In this document: positions 1-9,562 of the stretch, one piece after another
How positions within the stretch are numbered: the stretch's first letter is position 1
Layout of the letters: every line of letters begins with the position of its first letter
Source of the DNA: an uncultured Desulfarculus sp.
Lineage (GTDB): Bacteria; Desulfobacterota; Desulfarculia; Desulfarculales; Desulfarculaceae
Direction: 5' to 3'
NCBI GenBank assembly: GCA_963665125.2
Contig: CAXXUK010000001.1
Coordinates: forward strand, 3,520,001-3,584,000
DNA length: 64,000 nucleotides
Made by a program: the position numbers and the translations under genes
Notes under the pieces: model-generated
The model's input: only the letters and a program-made list of their open reading frames with translations
Told to the model about the DNA's origin: nothing
Databases searched by the model: none

Positions 1-1
1 C

Positions 2-682
2 GAGGAACTGAAGCAACAAAGCCAGGACCCCGCCCTGGAGGGCATGAGCTTTGAGCAGCGGCTGGCCTATCTACTGGAAAGGGAGATCGATCAACGCGCC
101 AGAAAAAGGCAGCATAACAAGCTGAAAAAAGCCGGTCTGCAATCCTATGCCGACTTGGATGCTGTCTATTACGGCCCACAGCGGGGCCTGTCGCAAACGG
201 TCATGGAACAGGTCGGATGTTGCGCCTGGATCGACGATGGTCAGGATATGCTTATCTGCGGACCGACCGGCACGGGCAAGACCTATCTTTGCAACGCCAT
301 CGGCCGCCGGGCCGTTGAGTTGGGCCACGGCACGGCCTACTACCGTCTGCCCCAGATGCTGCGGGCCTTGGCCGAAGCCAGGGTCACCGGCGGGTTCAAG
401 GCAGCCATGGAAGAGCTTTTAAACCTGGATCTGCTGATAATCGACGACTGGGGCTGGGGCAGTCTCAGCCGCAGCCAGCGCCTGGACCTGCTGGAGATCA
501 TCGAAAGCCGCCACGGCCGGAAATCCACCTTGGTGGCCTCGCAACTGGAGATTGGCCAATGGCCGGAGTTCATCGGCGACGTACGGGTGGCGGAATCCAT
601 CTGCGACCGGATGACCAATGCGGCGCAGGTGTTCAGCCTGGGCGGACCATCGTTGAGAAATCAAGGAGACGTAAGCCCATAA
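2..682 (+). CDS. istB: IS21-family transposition helper ATPase (IstB-like), 5' end outside the window
   Basis: Frame is open from base 2 (EELKQQSQDPALEGMSFEQRLAYLLERE). Walker A GPTGTGKT, Walker B LLIIDDWG and ESICDR, all typical of IstB/DnaC-like ATPases. Confidence 0.85.
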   Translation, partial: EELKQQSQDPALEGMSFEQRLAYLLEREIDQRARKRQHNKLKKAGLQSYADLDAVYYGPQRGLSQTVMEQVGCCAWIDDGQDMLICGPTGTGKTYLCNAIGRRAVELGHGTAYYRLPQMLRALAEARVTGGFKAAMEELLNLDLLIIDDWGWGSLSRSQRLDLLEIIESRHGRKSTLVASQLEIGQWPEFIGDVRVAESICDRMTNAAQVFSLGGPSLRNQGDVSP

Positions 683-742
683 TCATCCGCCGACAGTTTA
701 TTTCAAAATCGTAATGCGTATTACGTTTTCGTAATACGCCCA

Positions 743-771
743 CGGCGGCCCCGGAGGGCCGCCGAATTTTT
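743..771 (+). terminator. Intrinsic terminator after istB
   Basis: Stem CGGCGGCCC-cgga-GGGCCGCCG followed by AATTTTT. Confidence 0.6.
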
Positions 772-974
772 AATACCGCTTAGCCTTTTCTTTTGCCGCC
801 CAACCCCGGCATCCATGCCCGAACCTGGTTTTTTCCCGGACGGCTTCCGCCCGGCGCTGATCATGCTATTATGGTTTAAACCAGGTTTCCCCCGGAAAAG
901 ACACCCCGCCCGGCCCAGCCAAAGGGAGGCCTCCAGAGTATCATCAAAGCGGCATAATCCGACGGAGACCGACT

Positions 975-1976
975 GTGGACAGCCAAATCCGCCACAACCC
1001 CCTGACCGGCCAGTGGGTGATCTATTCCAAAGCCCGTGGCCAGCGGCCCCATGACTTCAACCAGGGCGCGGACAGCGCCGCCCAAATCCCGGACCACAGC
1101 GCGGCCTGCCCCTTTTGCCCGGGCAATGAACACATCCTGGGCGAGGTGGTGTTCGAATTGCCGGGCGACGGCCCCCATGGCTGGGCCACCAGGGTCATCC
1201 CCAACAAATTCCCGGCCCTGCGGCCCGGCAACGACCCCACCCGCCGCAGCGACGGCCTATACCTTTGGCTGGACGGCCACGGCCGACACGAGGTGATCAT
1301 CGAGTCGCCCCTGCACAACACTGATATCGCCCTGATGAGCCAGGAAGAGGTCTTGGCGGTCATCGAGACGTATTATCAGCGCTACCACTCCTACAACCGC
1401 AAGCACGACGGCATGTACGTGGTGATCTTCCGCAACCACGGCCCCAAGGCGGGCACCTCGCTGCTCCATCCTCATTCCCAGGCAATCGTCACGCCGGTGG
1501 TGCCCCGCCAGGTGCGCTACACCAACCTCGAATCCTTGGAATATTTCGACCACATGGGCAAATGCCTGATGTGCGCGCTTTTGGAGCAGGAACTGCGGGA
1601 CGGTTCACGGCTTGTTCACGTAAACGACCATTACGCCTGCTTTGTGCCCTATGCGGCGGAAACACCCTTTGAACTGTGGATCGTGCCCAAGGGCCACCAG
1701 CCCGACTTCGGCGCAGCCGACCCCGGGCAGCGGGCCGCCCTGGCCGATATCCTGCGCCGGGTCCTGGCCCTCTTGAGCCGCAGGCTCAATAACCCCAGCT
1801 ACAACTACATCATCAACACCCCGCCCCGTTTCCGGCGTCACGAACCGGCCCTGCACTGGTATCTGCGCATCCGGCCCCGTCTGACCACCAGGGCGGGCTT
1901 CGAGATCGGCTCGGGCATGAGCATCAATCCCCGCCTGCCCGAGGAAGACGCGGCCTACCTGTTGGAGACGCCTTGA
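975..1976 (+). CDS. galT: Galactose-1-phosphate uridylyltransferase (HIT-fold, GalT family)
   Basis: RHNPLTGQWV, CPFCPGNE, NKFPAL, HEVIIESP and catalytic HPHSQ motifs. GTG start preceded by a GGAG RBS. Confidence 0.9.
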   Translation: MDSQIRHNPLTGQWVIYSKARGQRPHDFNQGADSAAQIPDHSAACPFCPGNEHILGEVVFELPGDGPHGWATRVIPNKFPALRPGNDPTRRSDGLYLWLDGHGRHEVIIESPLHNTDIALMSQEEVLAVIETYYQRYHSYNRKHDGMYVVIFRNHGPKAGTSLLHPHSQAIVTPVVPRQVRYTNLESLEYFDHMGKCLMCALLEQELRDGSRLVHVNDHYACFVPYAAETPFELWIVPKGHQPDFGAADPGQRAALADILRRVLALLSRRLNNPSYNYIINTPPRFRRHEPALHWYLRIRPRLTTRAGFEIGSGMSINPRLPEEDAAYLLETP

Positions 1977-2060
1977 TCTTTAAATTTTCCCCCGATATGG
2001 GCTAATGTGAAAAACACGGTCGCCGCCACGCAAATTGGATCCGATTCCAAGGTGAAGACA

Positions 2061-2840
2061 ATGAAGATCCCCTTTTATCAAGTCGACGCTTTTACGTCCC
2101 AGGTCTTTTCCGGCAACCCGGCCGGAGTCTGTTTGCTCAATTCCTGGTTGCCGGACAATGTGCTCCAGTCCATAGCCGCGGAAAACAACCTGCCTGAGAC
2201 CGCCTTCCTGGTCCAGGCGGACGGTGCATATGACCTTCGCTGGTTCACGCCAACGGTTGAAATCGATTTGTGCGGCCACGCCACGCTTGCCTGCGGTCAT
2301 GTCATCTTTGACTTTAAGGGCGGCAAAGAAGACCGCATTTTGTTCAGGAGCCAGAGCGGCGATCTATATGTTCAGCGCAAGGACAATCTGTTGTACCTGG
2401 ATTTCCCGTCCCGCAAGCCGGAGATTTGCGCCCCGCCCCAAGGGCTTGACGCCATTCTCGGATTGTCACCAACTCAGGTGGCCCGCTCCAGGGACCTGAT
2501 GGCCGTGCTCGACGACGAGGACGCGGTGAGAACCATTGAGCCCGATCTCGACGCCGTTGCCGGGCTGGACGCATTCGCCCTGATCGTGACCGCGCCGGGA
2601 AAAGAAGTTGACTTTGTTTCACGATTCTTCGCGCCCGGCGCGGGGATTCCCGAGGATCCGGTGACCGGATCGGCGCATTGCACTCTCATTCCGTATTGGG
2701 CCGAGCGGTTGGGTAAAAACAACCTGCAAGCCCGCCAATTGAGCCAACGCGGCGGCGAGCTTTTCTGCGAGGACAGGGGAGACAGAGTGTTGATCGGAGG
2801 ACGCTGCGCCACTTATTTGTCCGGGACAATCACTATATAA
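2061..2840 (+). CDS. PhzF-family isomerase/epimerase
   Basis: QVDAF...GNPAGV, ETAF, RWFTPTVEIDLCGHATLA and EDPVTGSAH motifs. The ATG at 2061 matches the family N-terminus. Confidence 0.9.
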   Translation: MKIPFYQVDAFTSQVFSGNPAGVCLLNSWLPDNVLQSIAAENNLPETAFLVQADGAYDLRWFTPTVEIDLCGHATLACGHVIFDFKGGKEDRILFRSQSGDLYVQRKDNLLYLDFPSRKPEICAPPQGLDAILGLSPTQVARSRDLMAVLDDEDAVRTIEPDLDAVAGLDAFALIVTAPGKEVDFVSRFFAPGAGIPEDPVTGSAHCTLIPYWAERLGKNNLQARQLSQRGGELFCEDRGDRVLIGGRCATYLSGTITI

Positions 2841-3383
2841 AAGGCCGGGCCCACCGAATCGGTTGATTCTTGTTGTTATCTCAAAAGGGTTGACGTCAGT
2901 CCCAATCCTGCCGTCAACAACTGGCGGATCGAAATCTATCCGGACCATCTCAGGGTGATCGACGGGGACAACAACTGGACCGAGGTTTTCAGCGTCAGAG
3001 CCCAGTTGAGCACTTGCCTGGATGCCCATGCCCCGCTGGCAGGCGTTGGCGTTGGCTCCGCGCCGTCGGGTCAAACACCCAGGAATTGATCCCCGAAGGG
3101 ACGCCACTCCGGCATGGCGTCCTCCCTTCGCGCATTCTTCGCCCTCGGGCAACAACCGGCCAGGATTTTGCCTCCGTAATACCGCCAAATTGCAGGGATA
3201 AAAATATATCCTTGCACTAGGTCTTTCCGCTTGCGACAATTTACTTAGTTGCCGGGTGCCTTTTGCACCCCTGACTTTCCCACCACATGAAAACCCCTGT
3301 TCCCGGCTCGCGTCTTTTACCTTGGGAAAATGCGGCATTAGTGCGCCAAGAGCGCCACAAATGCAGTTTGGGGGTGAAGTGCC

Positions 3384-4745
3384 ATGCAAACAACCCCAAG
3401 GGCTTTGGTGATCGACGACAGCGCCCTCATCCGGCATACGGTCAAGGAAATCCTTGGCGATTTCATTGTCGACGTGGCGGCCAACGGAAAAATCGGCCTG
3501 GATATGGCCATTGCGGGCGCCTACGATGTGGTGGTCTGCGATGTCGAAATGCCGGAGATGGACGGCCTGACCCTCTGCCGCCAATTTAAGAGAACTCCCT
3601 GTAAAAAAGAAATTCCGGTCGTGATCCTGAGCCACCTTTCCGATTCCGAGGATGTGGAAAAAGGCTTCATGGCCGGAGCCGACGCCTATGTGGCCAAAAC
3701 AAAGGTGCGCCAGCAACTGGTGGAAACCATCAAGGGCCTGCTTGTGGGCAAACGGTTTTTCAGCAATCACCAGATGATTTTGCTGGCCGAGGATAACCGG
3801 ACCATCCAGGCCATCCTGGTGGAAGGCCTCTGCGGCGCGGGCTATAGGGTCGAATTGGCTGTCAACGGCAAGGAAGCCATCGAGCTCATCGACAAGGACC
3901 GGCCCAATCTGGTGATCACCGATATTGAAATGCCCGTAATGGACGGCATGGAGCTGACCAGGGCCATCCGGGCCAGACAGGAGTTGGCCTCGCTGCCCAT
4001 CGTTATCATGAGCGGCCACCAGGATAAAAAGGTCATGCGCGAAATGTTCACCCTGGGCGTAAGCTCCTACATTGTCAAGCCGTTCAATATCGAACAATTG
4101 CTGATTACCGCCGAACGCATGCTTGAGCACCAGCACCAGCTTCTATTATTGGATCGCCAACGGCTCAAGGCCGAGCGCGAATCCATGTTGGCCAGCATCG
4201 CCAGCCTGGCCGGAGCCCTGGAGGCCCGTGACGAATACACCAGGGGCCATTCCGACGCCGTGGCCGGCATTTCCGTGCAGATCGGGGCCAGGCTGGGCCT
4301 TTCCGACAAAAAACTACGCGACCTGGAAATGGGCGGCAAACTGCATGACATCGGCAAAATCGGCATTCCAGACAATGTTTTGCACAAGCCTTGCCGCCTG
4401 GACGGGGACGAATGCGACATCATCAAATCGCATCCCATGGTGGGCTACCGAATAATGAGTCAAGCCCCGCCCCTGGAGCCGCTGTTGGACATGGTCAGGC
4501 ATCACCATGAGCGCTTTGACGGCAAGGGCTACCCCGACGGCCTGTCCGGGGAAGACATCCCCTTGGAGGCCAGGGTGATGGCCGTGGCCGACACGTTCCA
4601 TGCCCTGATCAGCGACAGGCCCTACCGCAAGGGCATGGACAAGGCCAAGGCCGTTGGGGTCATCCAAGACAGCAGCGGGACCCAGCTCTGCCCAAAATGC
4701 GTGCGGGCCTTCCTGGATTGGATCAAAAACGACCAAAGATGCTAG
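3384..4745 (+). CDS. Response regulator with two receiver domains and an HD-GYP c-di-GMP phosphodiesterase domain
   Basis: Two REC domains (VIDD...DVEMPEMDG; AEDN...DIEMPVMDG), then HDIGK, HHERFDGKGYPDGL and DRPYRK. Confidence 0.9.
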   Translation: MQTTPRALVIDDSALIRHTVKEILGDFIVDVAANGKIGLDMAIAGAYDVVVCDVEMPEMDGLTLCRQFKRTPCKKEIPVVILSHLSDSEDVEKGFMAGADAYVAKTKVRQQLVETIKGLLVGKRFFSNHQMILLAEDNRTIQAILVEGLCGAGYRVELAVNGKEAIELIDKDRPNLVITDIEMPVMDGMELTRAIRARQELASLPIVIMSGHQDKKVMREMFTLGVSSYIVKPFNIEQLLITAERMLEHQHQLLLLDRQRLKAERESMLASIASLAGALEARDEYTRGHSDAVAGISVQIGARLGLSDKKLRDLEMGGKLHDIGKIGIPDNVLHKPCRLDGDECDIIKSHPMVGYRIMSQAPPLEPLLDMVRHHHERFDGKGYPDGLSGEDIPLEARVMAVADTFHALISDRPYRKGMDKAKAVGVIQDSSGTQLCPKCVRAFLDWIKNDQRC

Positions 4746-4750
4746 CCCCG

Positions 4751-4794
4751 AAAAAACGCCGGTGACGGGCCGCCAACCCGTCACCGGCGTTTTT
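4751..4794. terminator. Bidirectional terminator between convergent genes
   Basis: AAAAAA-CGCCGGTGACGGG...CCCGTCACCGGCG-TTTTT. Confidence 0.85.
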
Positions 4795-4813
4795 AATCAA
4801 AAGCGTATGGCTC

Positions 4814-6229
4814 CTACTTGGTCTGTTCCTTTTGCAGGCGGACCAGCTCTTCCCACAACTCGTCGACCTTCTTTTGGGTCTGCTCCAGGCTGCCGCCGTT
4901 ATCGATGACAAAGTCGCCGTAGCCCACCTTTTCATCAATTGGCAATTGACTGGCGATTATGCGCTTGGCTTCTTCCTCGCCGATGCTGTCGCGTTTCATC
5001 AACCGCCTGGTCAGCTCTTCCTGGCTGATATAGACCACCAGGAGCTTGTGGAACATGTGCTGCATGTTCAGCTCGATCATCAGCGGCACCACTATGAGCA
5101 CTATGGCGTTGGGGTCGGCCTTGGTGATGGCCTCCAACTGGGCGATGAACTCCAGGGCGATCTGCGGGTGAATGAAGCTCTCGAGCTTCTTGCGCTTGAC
5201 CATGTCCCGGAACACGATGTCGGACAGCTTTTGCCGATCCAGGGTCTTGTCGTCCTGCAAGACCTGCTTGCCAAAGAACTCGACGATCTGCTCATAGGCC
5301 GGTTTGCCCGGTTCGACGACCTCATGGCTAATGGCGTCGAAATCGATCTGGTAGGCGCCCTTTTCGATGAGCATGTTGGTGACGGTGGTCTTGCCGCAGG
5401 CGATGGTGCCGGTGACGCCCACCAGCAGGCGGTTGTCTTCGCCGCGCACGGCCCGGATCTGGTCTAGGCCGCCGTAGGCGCCGGGGAAGGTGCTGGTCAG
5501 GTCCTGCTCGGCCCCGGAGAAGCTTATGGGGTAGCGGATGCCCCGGCGGTACAGGGTCTCCAGGCCGCGCAGGGCCTTGTCCATGTAGCCCACGGGCAGG
5601 GCCATGACCAACTCGTCGTCCTGGGCGTGGCCGTAACGCCGCTCGCCGTAACAGGGGATGGTCAGGGCCGGTTTGCCGGTGTTGTAGCAGCGGCCTATGG
5701 CGTCGGAACACGACGACTCGCCCACGCAGAAGAACTGCATGACCTCGTAGTCTTCAAACTGCAAGGCGTTGATTAAAAGCATCATCTGAGCCGGATTGGC
5801 GTATATCAGCACGATATCCGGTTCAAAGGGATTGTAGACCAGGGGGGCCAGGGCCACCGCCTCGTACTTGCCCAAGGGCAGCCGGGGGATGGATTCTTCG
5901 TACCTCTTGCCGTCTTCCTTGGTCCTTGTCCAGACAATGGAACGGAATGTGCCGTCCTTGAATTCAGGCGGCGAATCCGAAAGACCTATGATCGATGGGC
6001 ACACCGGCCCCAGGAAATCACCCAACTCGGCGCCCACTGTCCAGTCCGCCCCCCTGACCAGGGTGATAAGCTGGCACAGGGTTTTTTGGTGATCAGCCCG
6101 GCGCATGAACGGAATTTCATCCAACTGGGCCTTGTCTTCAAGCATCTTGAAGGCAACCGGGAATGATTTCAGCCGCATCAACAGTTCCATGCGTCTGATA
6201 ACGGGCTCCCAGTTTCTTGTGGCTTGCAT
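4814..6229 (-). CDS. coaE: DUF169-family domain fused to dephospho-CoA kinase
   Basis: C-terminal ~200 aa have the CoaE P-loop GVTGTIACGKTT, IDFD, LDRQKL...LESFIHP and VIDNGGSL. N-terminal ~260 aa have a DUF169-like pattern (TLCQ, PDIVLIYANPAQMM, SCSD, IPCYGERRY). Confidence 0.8.
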   Translation of the reverse strand: MQATRNWEPVIRRMELLMRLKSFPVAFKMLEDKAQLDEIPFMRRADHQKTLCQLITLVRGADWTVGAELGDFLGPVCPSIIGLSDSPPEFKDGTFRSIVWTRTKEDGKRYEESIPRLPLGKYEAVALAPLVYNPFEPDIVLIYANPAQMMLLINALQFEDYEVMQFFCVGESSCSDAIGRCYNTGKPALTIPCYGERRYGHAQDDELVMALPVGYMDKALRGLETLYRRGIRYPISFSGAEQDLTSTFPGAYGGLDQIRAVRGEDNRLLVGVTGTIACGKTTVTNMLIEKGAYQIDFDAISHEVVEPGKPAYEQIVEFFGKQVLQDDKTLDRQKLSDIVFRDMVKRKKLESFIHPQIALEFIAQLEAITKADPNAIVLIVVPLMIELNMQHMFHKLLVVYISQEELTRRLMKRDSIGEEEAKRIIASQLPIDEKVGYGDFVIDNGGSLEQTQKKVDELWEELVRLQKEQTK

Positions 6230-6240
6230 TTAACGAACTC

Positions 6241-7383
6241 CTAATCCCGGAACCGCACTGGGTGGTAGTTTCCTTGTCGCAGGGCTTGCACCAGGTCGGC
6301 CTCGCTTTTTATATCTACTGTAAATTCAGTGGCATAACAGCCAATCGTTCCCATTTCATGGCAGTCGCTGCCGCCCAGGCCCGGCAGGCCCAGGGCCTCG
6401 GCGACCCGGCCGGAAAAGCCGTTCTCGTCGGGAGTGACCTTGCCGTTTAAGACCTCTATGGCGTCGACGTGCTTGAACATCTCCCGCTCGGCCGCCTGCT
6501 CCACGCTCAGGCCCATCTGCTCCACGCCGGTGATCAAAAAGCCCCGGAAGGGGTGGGCCATGGCCATGAAGCCGCCGGCGGCCTCCACTTGGGCCCGCAG
6601 GTCGGCCAGTTTGGTCACGCCTTTGATGTCCTTTTCCAGGCCGTAGACCAATACATCGCCCTGGTCGGTGATGACCTCGTTGCCACGCAGGACCAGGAAA
6701 TCGTGCTCCCGACCCAGGCGCTCGATATCCTCGGCGCTCCAGACGTGATTGTGATCCGTGATGACCAGGCCGCTCAGGCCGATACGCTTGGCCTCGGCGA
6801 TGAGGTCTTCGATTGCCGCTCCGGCGCAGGGCGAGGCCGGGGAGGTATGCACGTGCATGTCGATGACCATGCCCCCGGTGGGCCTGGGGGCATCGGCCAG
6901 GGGCGGATGACTGACCGGCGTGGCGGCGGAGGCGGCTTGGGCCTTGGCCGTCGCGGCGGGAGCGGAAACGCCCGGCTGCCAGTTTTTGATAAAGCTCTCC
7001 AGGCTCAGGTCGGGGTCCTGTTCCTTGGCCTCCTGATATTCGATGGCCATCTTGGCGTTCTTGGCCGCATGGGCCATCTCGATCAGCAGGTTGGCGAAGT
7101 GGCGGCAGGCCCCCCGGCCGATGACCTTGGCCACGTCGGCCCGGAAACCGGGCGCCAGGCGCATGCCCACGGCGGGCTGCAACTTGTCCAGGGCCCTGGG
7201 GCATTCGGGCGTGGTCCAGCGGTGCCACTGGCCGCTGATGGACAAAATCTCCAGTTCGTCCTGACTGAAGACCACCTCCATGTCCAGGCCGTACAGGTCG
7301 TCATCCAGGGTGCCGAAGGCCGACAGTCTGTTGGGGGCGCTGCGGTCGACGCTCATTACTTTGTTGCGCATGAATTTAAGCAT
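6241..7383 (-). CDS. DUF2889 domain fused to a PHP-family phosphoesterase domain
   Basis: N-terminal PEC...VGMRLAPGF...GACRHFANL is DUF2889-like. After an Ala-rich linker come PHP motifs DMHVHT, ITDHN, AHPFR and GGSDCH. Confidence 0.75.
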   Translation of the reverse strand: MLKFMRNKVMSVDRSAPNRLSAFGTLDDDLYGLDMEVVFSQDELEILSISGQWHRWTTPECPRALDKLQPAVGMRLAPGFRADVAKVIGRGACRHFANLLIEMAHAAKNAKMAIEYQEAKEQDPDLSLESFIKNWQPGVSAPAATAKAQAASAATPVSHPPLADAPRPTGGMVIDMHVHTSPASPCAGAAIEDLIAEAKRIGLSGLVITDHNHVWSAEDIERLGREHDFLVLRGNEVITDQGDVLVYGLEKDIKGVTKLADLRAQVEAAGGFMAMAHPFRGFLITGVEQMGLSVEQAAEREMFKHVDAIEVLNGKVTPDENGFSGRVAEALGLPGLGGSDCHEMGTIGCYATEFTVDIKSEADLVQALRQGNYHPVRFRD

Positions 7384-7394
7384 GGGGCATCTCC

Positions 7395-7898
7395 CTAGTT
7401 GTTGTCCAAGACGCCCCGGACCATGGGCGAGTCGGCGTCATAGGCGGCGCAGCGGCCGATAAGCCGGGTGTTTGCCTTGGCCATGTCCTGGAAAAGCTCG
7501 TGCGGCAGGTCGTCCTCGGTGGGGGCCATGGCCGACATCTCCTTGGTGCCGGAAAGAATCACGCCGTGGCAGGCCTCCTCGACCATGAACAATAGCTGGC
7601 TGTCGGCCACGTCTTCTCCGGCCAGGCCCTTGAAGATCTTGGTCATGCCCGGCCCCACCCGGACTCCGGCCAATTGGGGCAGCCGCTCCAGGGCAATGTA
7701 TTCCACGGGATCGAAACAGCGTTCTATGCTGCCGCCGACCTTGGTTATCTCCATATCAGGCAGTTTGACTATCACCTCCACGCGCATTTCGCAGAAAGTG
7801 TCGTTGAGGCGGCAGACATTGCGCAGGCTGCCGTCTTCCAGGGGCTCCACGGTGGTGGCGCGGGATCTGGAAAATTTGAATCGCTTGGCGTTTGGCAT
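7395..7898 (-). CDS. DUF2889-like protein
   Basis: Similar to the N-terminal domain of the next gene (LxD...GVRVGPGMT); ends with CAAY. Confidence 0.65.
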   Translation of the reverse strand: MPNAKRFKFSRSRATTVEPLEDGSLRNVCRLNDTFCEMRVEVIVKLPDMEITKVGGSIERCFDPVEYIALERLPQLAGVRVGPGMTKIFKGLAGEDVADSQLLFMVEEACHGVILSGTKEMSAMAPTEDDLPHELFQDMAKANTRLIGRCAAYDADSPMVRGVLDNN

Positions 7899-7966
7899 AC
7901 TTTTTGGGCCTTTCCTTCATTATCTCCGGCATTTGATCATTGCTGATAATTTCATGAATGACCGGC

Positions 7967-9508
7967 CTAATCCAGGAATTTTGTCATGACCTGGCGCAGT
8001 TCCTTTTTGGCGATTTTGCCGATAAGCGAACGGGGCACGTCTTCCTCGATGATGATTTTGCGGGGCCGCTTGTAGCCGGACAGGCCTTTCTTGCAGTATT
8101 CATCAAGCTCTTCAATAGTCAGCTGCTTGCCCGGTTCGGGAATGACAAAGGCCACGCCCACTTCGCCCCAAACCGGATCGGGAATCTCCACCACGGCCGA
8201 GGTGTTCACGCCGGGGTAGCGGTTGAGGAAAGACTCTATCTCCAGGGGATAGACGTTGTAGCCTCCGCTGATGTACATCTCCTTGATGCGGCCCACGAAA
8301 TGCAGATAGCCTCGCTCGTCCAGCGAGCCCAGGTCGCCGGTGCGCAGCCAGCCGTCCACGAAGGTGCTCTTGTCGTCCTCGGGGTCCATGTAGCCCTTGA
8401 TCACACTGTGGCCCCTGACCCACATTTCGCCCACGCCGCCCATGGGAAGCTCTTCCCCGCCGGGCCCCATGATCTTCATCTCCAGACCCGGTGCGGGCTT
8501 GCCCTCGGTCTGCTCCACCGTTTCGTCCGTGTCTTCCAGGGTGGTGAAGGTGAAGAAGCCCGTGGTCTCGCTCATGCCCCATGAGGCCACGATCTTGGCC
8601 TTGGGGAAGGCCGCGTTGATCTGGCGGATCAATTCCGGGGTGGAGGGCTCGCCGGAGACGACGATGCAGCGCACACTGGAGAGGTCCACCTTGGAAGAAT
8701 CGGCGTTCTTGAGGATCAGGCGGTACATGGTGGGCACGCCGCCGGTGTAGGTGATGTTGTACTTCTGGATCAGCTCCAGGGTCTCCTGGGGGTCGAACTT
8801 GGGGGTGACGATACCCGTGGCTCCGCCGTAAAACTGAGCGGCCAGGATGTCGTGGGTGCCCGCCACATGGCTGGTGGGCATGTTGCACAGCACCGTGTCC
8901 TGGCGGGTGATATCCCACACCTCGCAGGTGTCCCTGGCCATGCCCCAGGAGTTGGCATGGCTGATCACCGCGCCCTTGGGCCTGCCGGTGGTGCCGCTGG
9001 TGAAGATGACGATGAGCGGATCGTCGCCCGAAGGCTGTTGGTCCGCGGGCACCTGGGCCGGCTCGGCCTCCAACAGCGCCTCGTAGGGCTTGGCCCCTTC
9101 CAGTTGGCCGAAATAGGAATAAACCGCTTCGAATTTGTACAGCTTCAAAAGGCCTTGCACCTCGGCCTTGATCTCTTCGGGGAAGGCCAGGCCAACCAGA
9201 ATGCGCGGCGAGGTGCGCTGGCAGAGGTCGTTCATCTCGCCGGCCTTGAAGCGCGGGTCAAGGGGGATGACCACCAGGCCCAGCTTGGCCGCGGCCATGT
9301 ACATGGTGGAAAAGGCCGGGGACTGGGGCAGCAGGGTGGCTATCTTGTCGCCCTTTTTCAGGCCCAGGGCCATCAGCGAGCCAACAACGCGGTCGATCTG
9401 CTCGTTGAACTGGGCCCACGTGGTGGGCTGGTCAAAGAATATATAGGCCGGCTGATCCGGTATCTCCTGGGCGTGTTTTTCGATTATCTTGCTGAACGGT
9501 CCTCGCAT
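7967..9508 (-). CDS. Acyl-CoA synthetase / class I adenylate-forming enzyme
   Basis: FTSGTTGRPKG, WGMSET, LRTGDLG and GKI motifs. Start placed at ATG 9508 behind a GGAGAG RBS; the ORF extends to 9556. Confidence 0.9.
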   Translation of the reverse strand: MRGPFSKIIEKHAQEIPDQPAYIFFDQPTTWAQFNEQIDRVVGSLMALGLKKGDKIATLLPQSPAFSTMYMAAAKLGLVVIPLDPRFKAGEMNDLCQRTSPRILVGLAFPEEIKAEVQGLLKLYKFEAVYSYFGQLEGAKPYEALLEAEPAQVPADQQPSGDDPLIVIFTSGTTGRPKGAVISHANSWGMARDTCEVWDITRQDTVLCNMPTSHVAGTHDILAAQFYGGATGIVTPKFDPQETLELIQKYNITYTGGVPTMYRLILKNADSSKVDLSSVRCIVVSGEPSTPELIRQINAAFPKAKIVASWGMSETTGFFTFTTLEDTDETVEQTEGKPAPGLEMKIMGPGGEELPMGGVGEMWVRGHSVIKGYMDPEDDKSTFVDGWLRTGDLGSLDERGYLHFVGRIKEMYISGGYNVYPLEIESFLNRYPGVNTSAVVEIPDPVWGEVGVAFVIPEPGKQLTIEELDEYCKKGLSGYKRPRKIIIEEDVPRSLIGKIAKKELRQVMTKFLD

Positions 9509-9562
9509 TTTCACTCTCCCGTCATTGCCCCGGCGGTTGGGGCTGGTTGTTGCCATGGCGGC

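Noticed and set aside
3071..3130. Small minus-strand ORF (MPEWRPFGDQFLGV) with a GGGAGG RBS
   Set aside because: The RBS and start sit inside a hairpin (CGAAGGGACGCCA...TGGCGTCCTCCCTTCG), which is better explained as an intergenic stem.
2619..4136. Long antisense ORFs (for example 2619-4136, 8852-10396, 31457-32659, 57240-59033)
   Set aside because: They are shadows of real GC-rich genes on the opposite strand.
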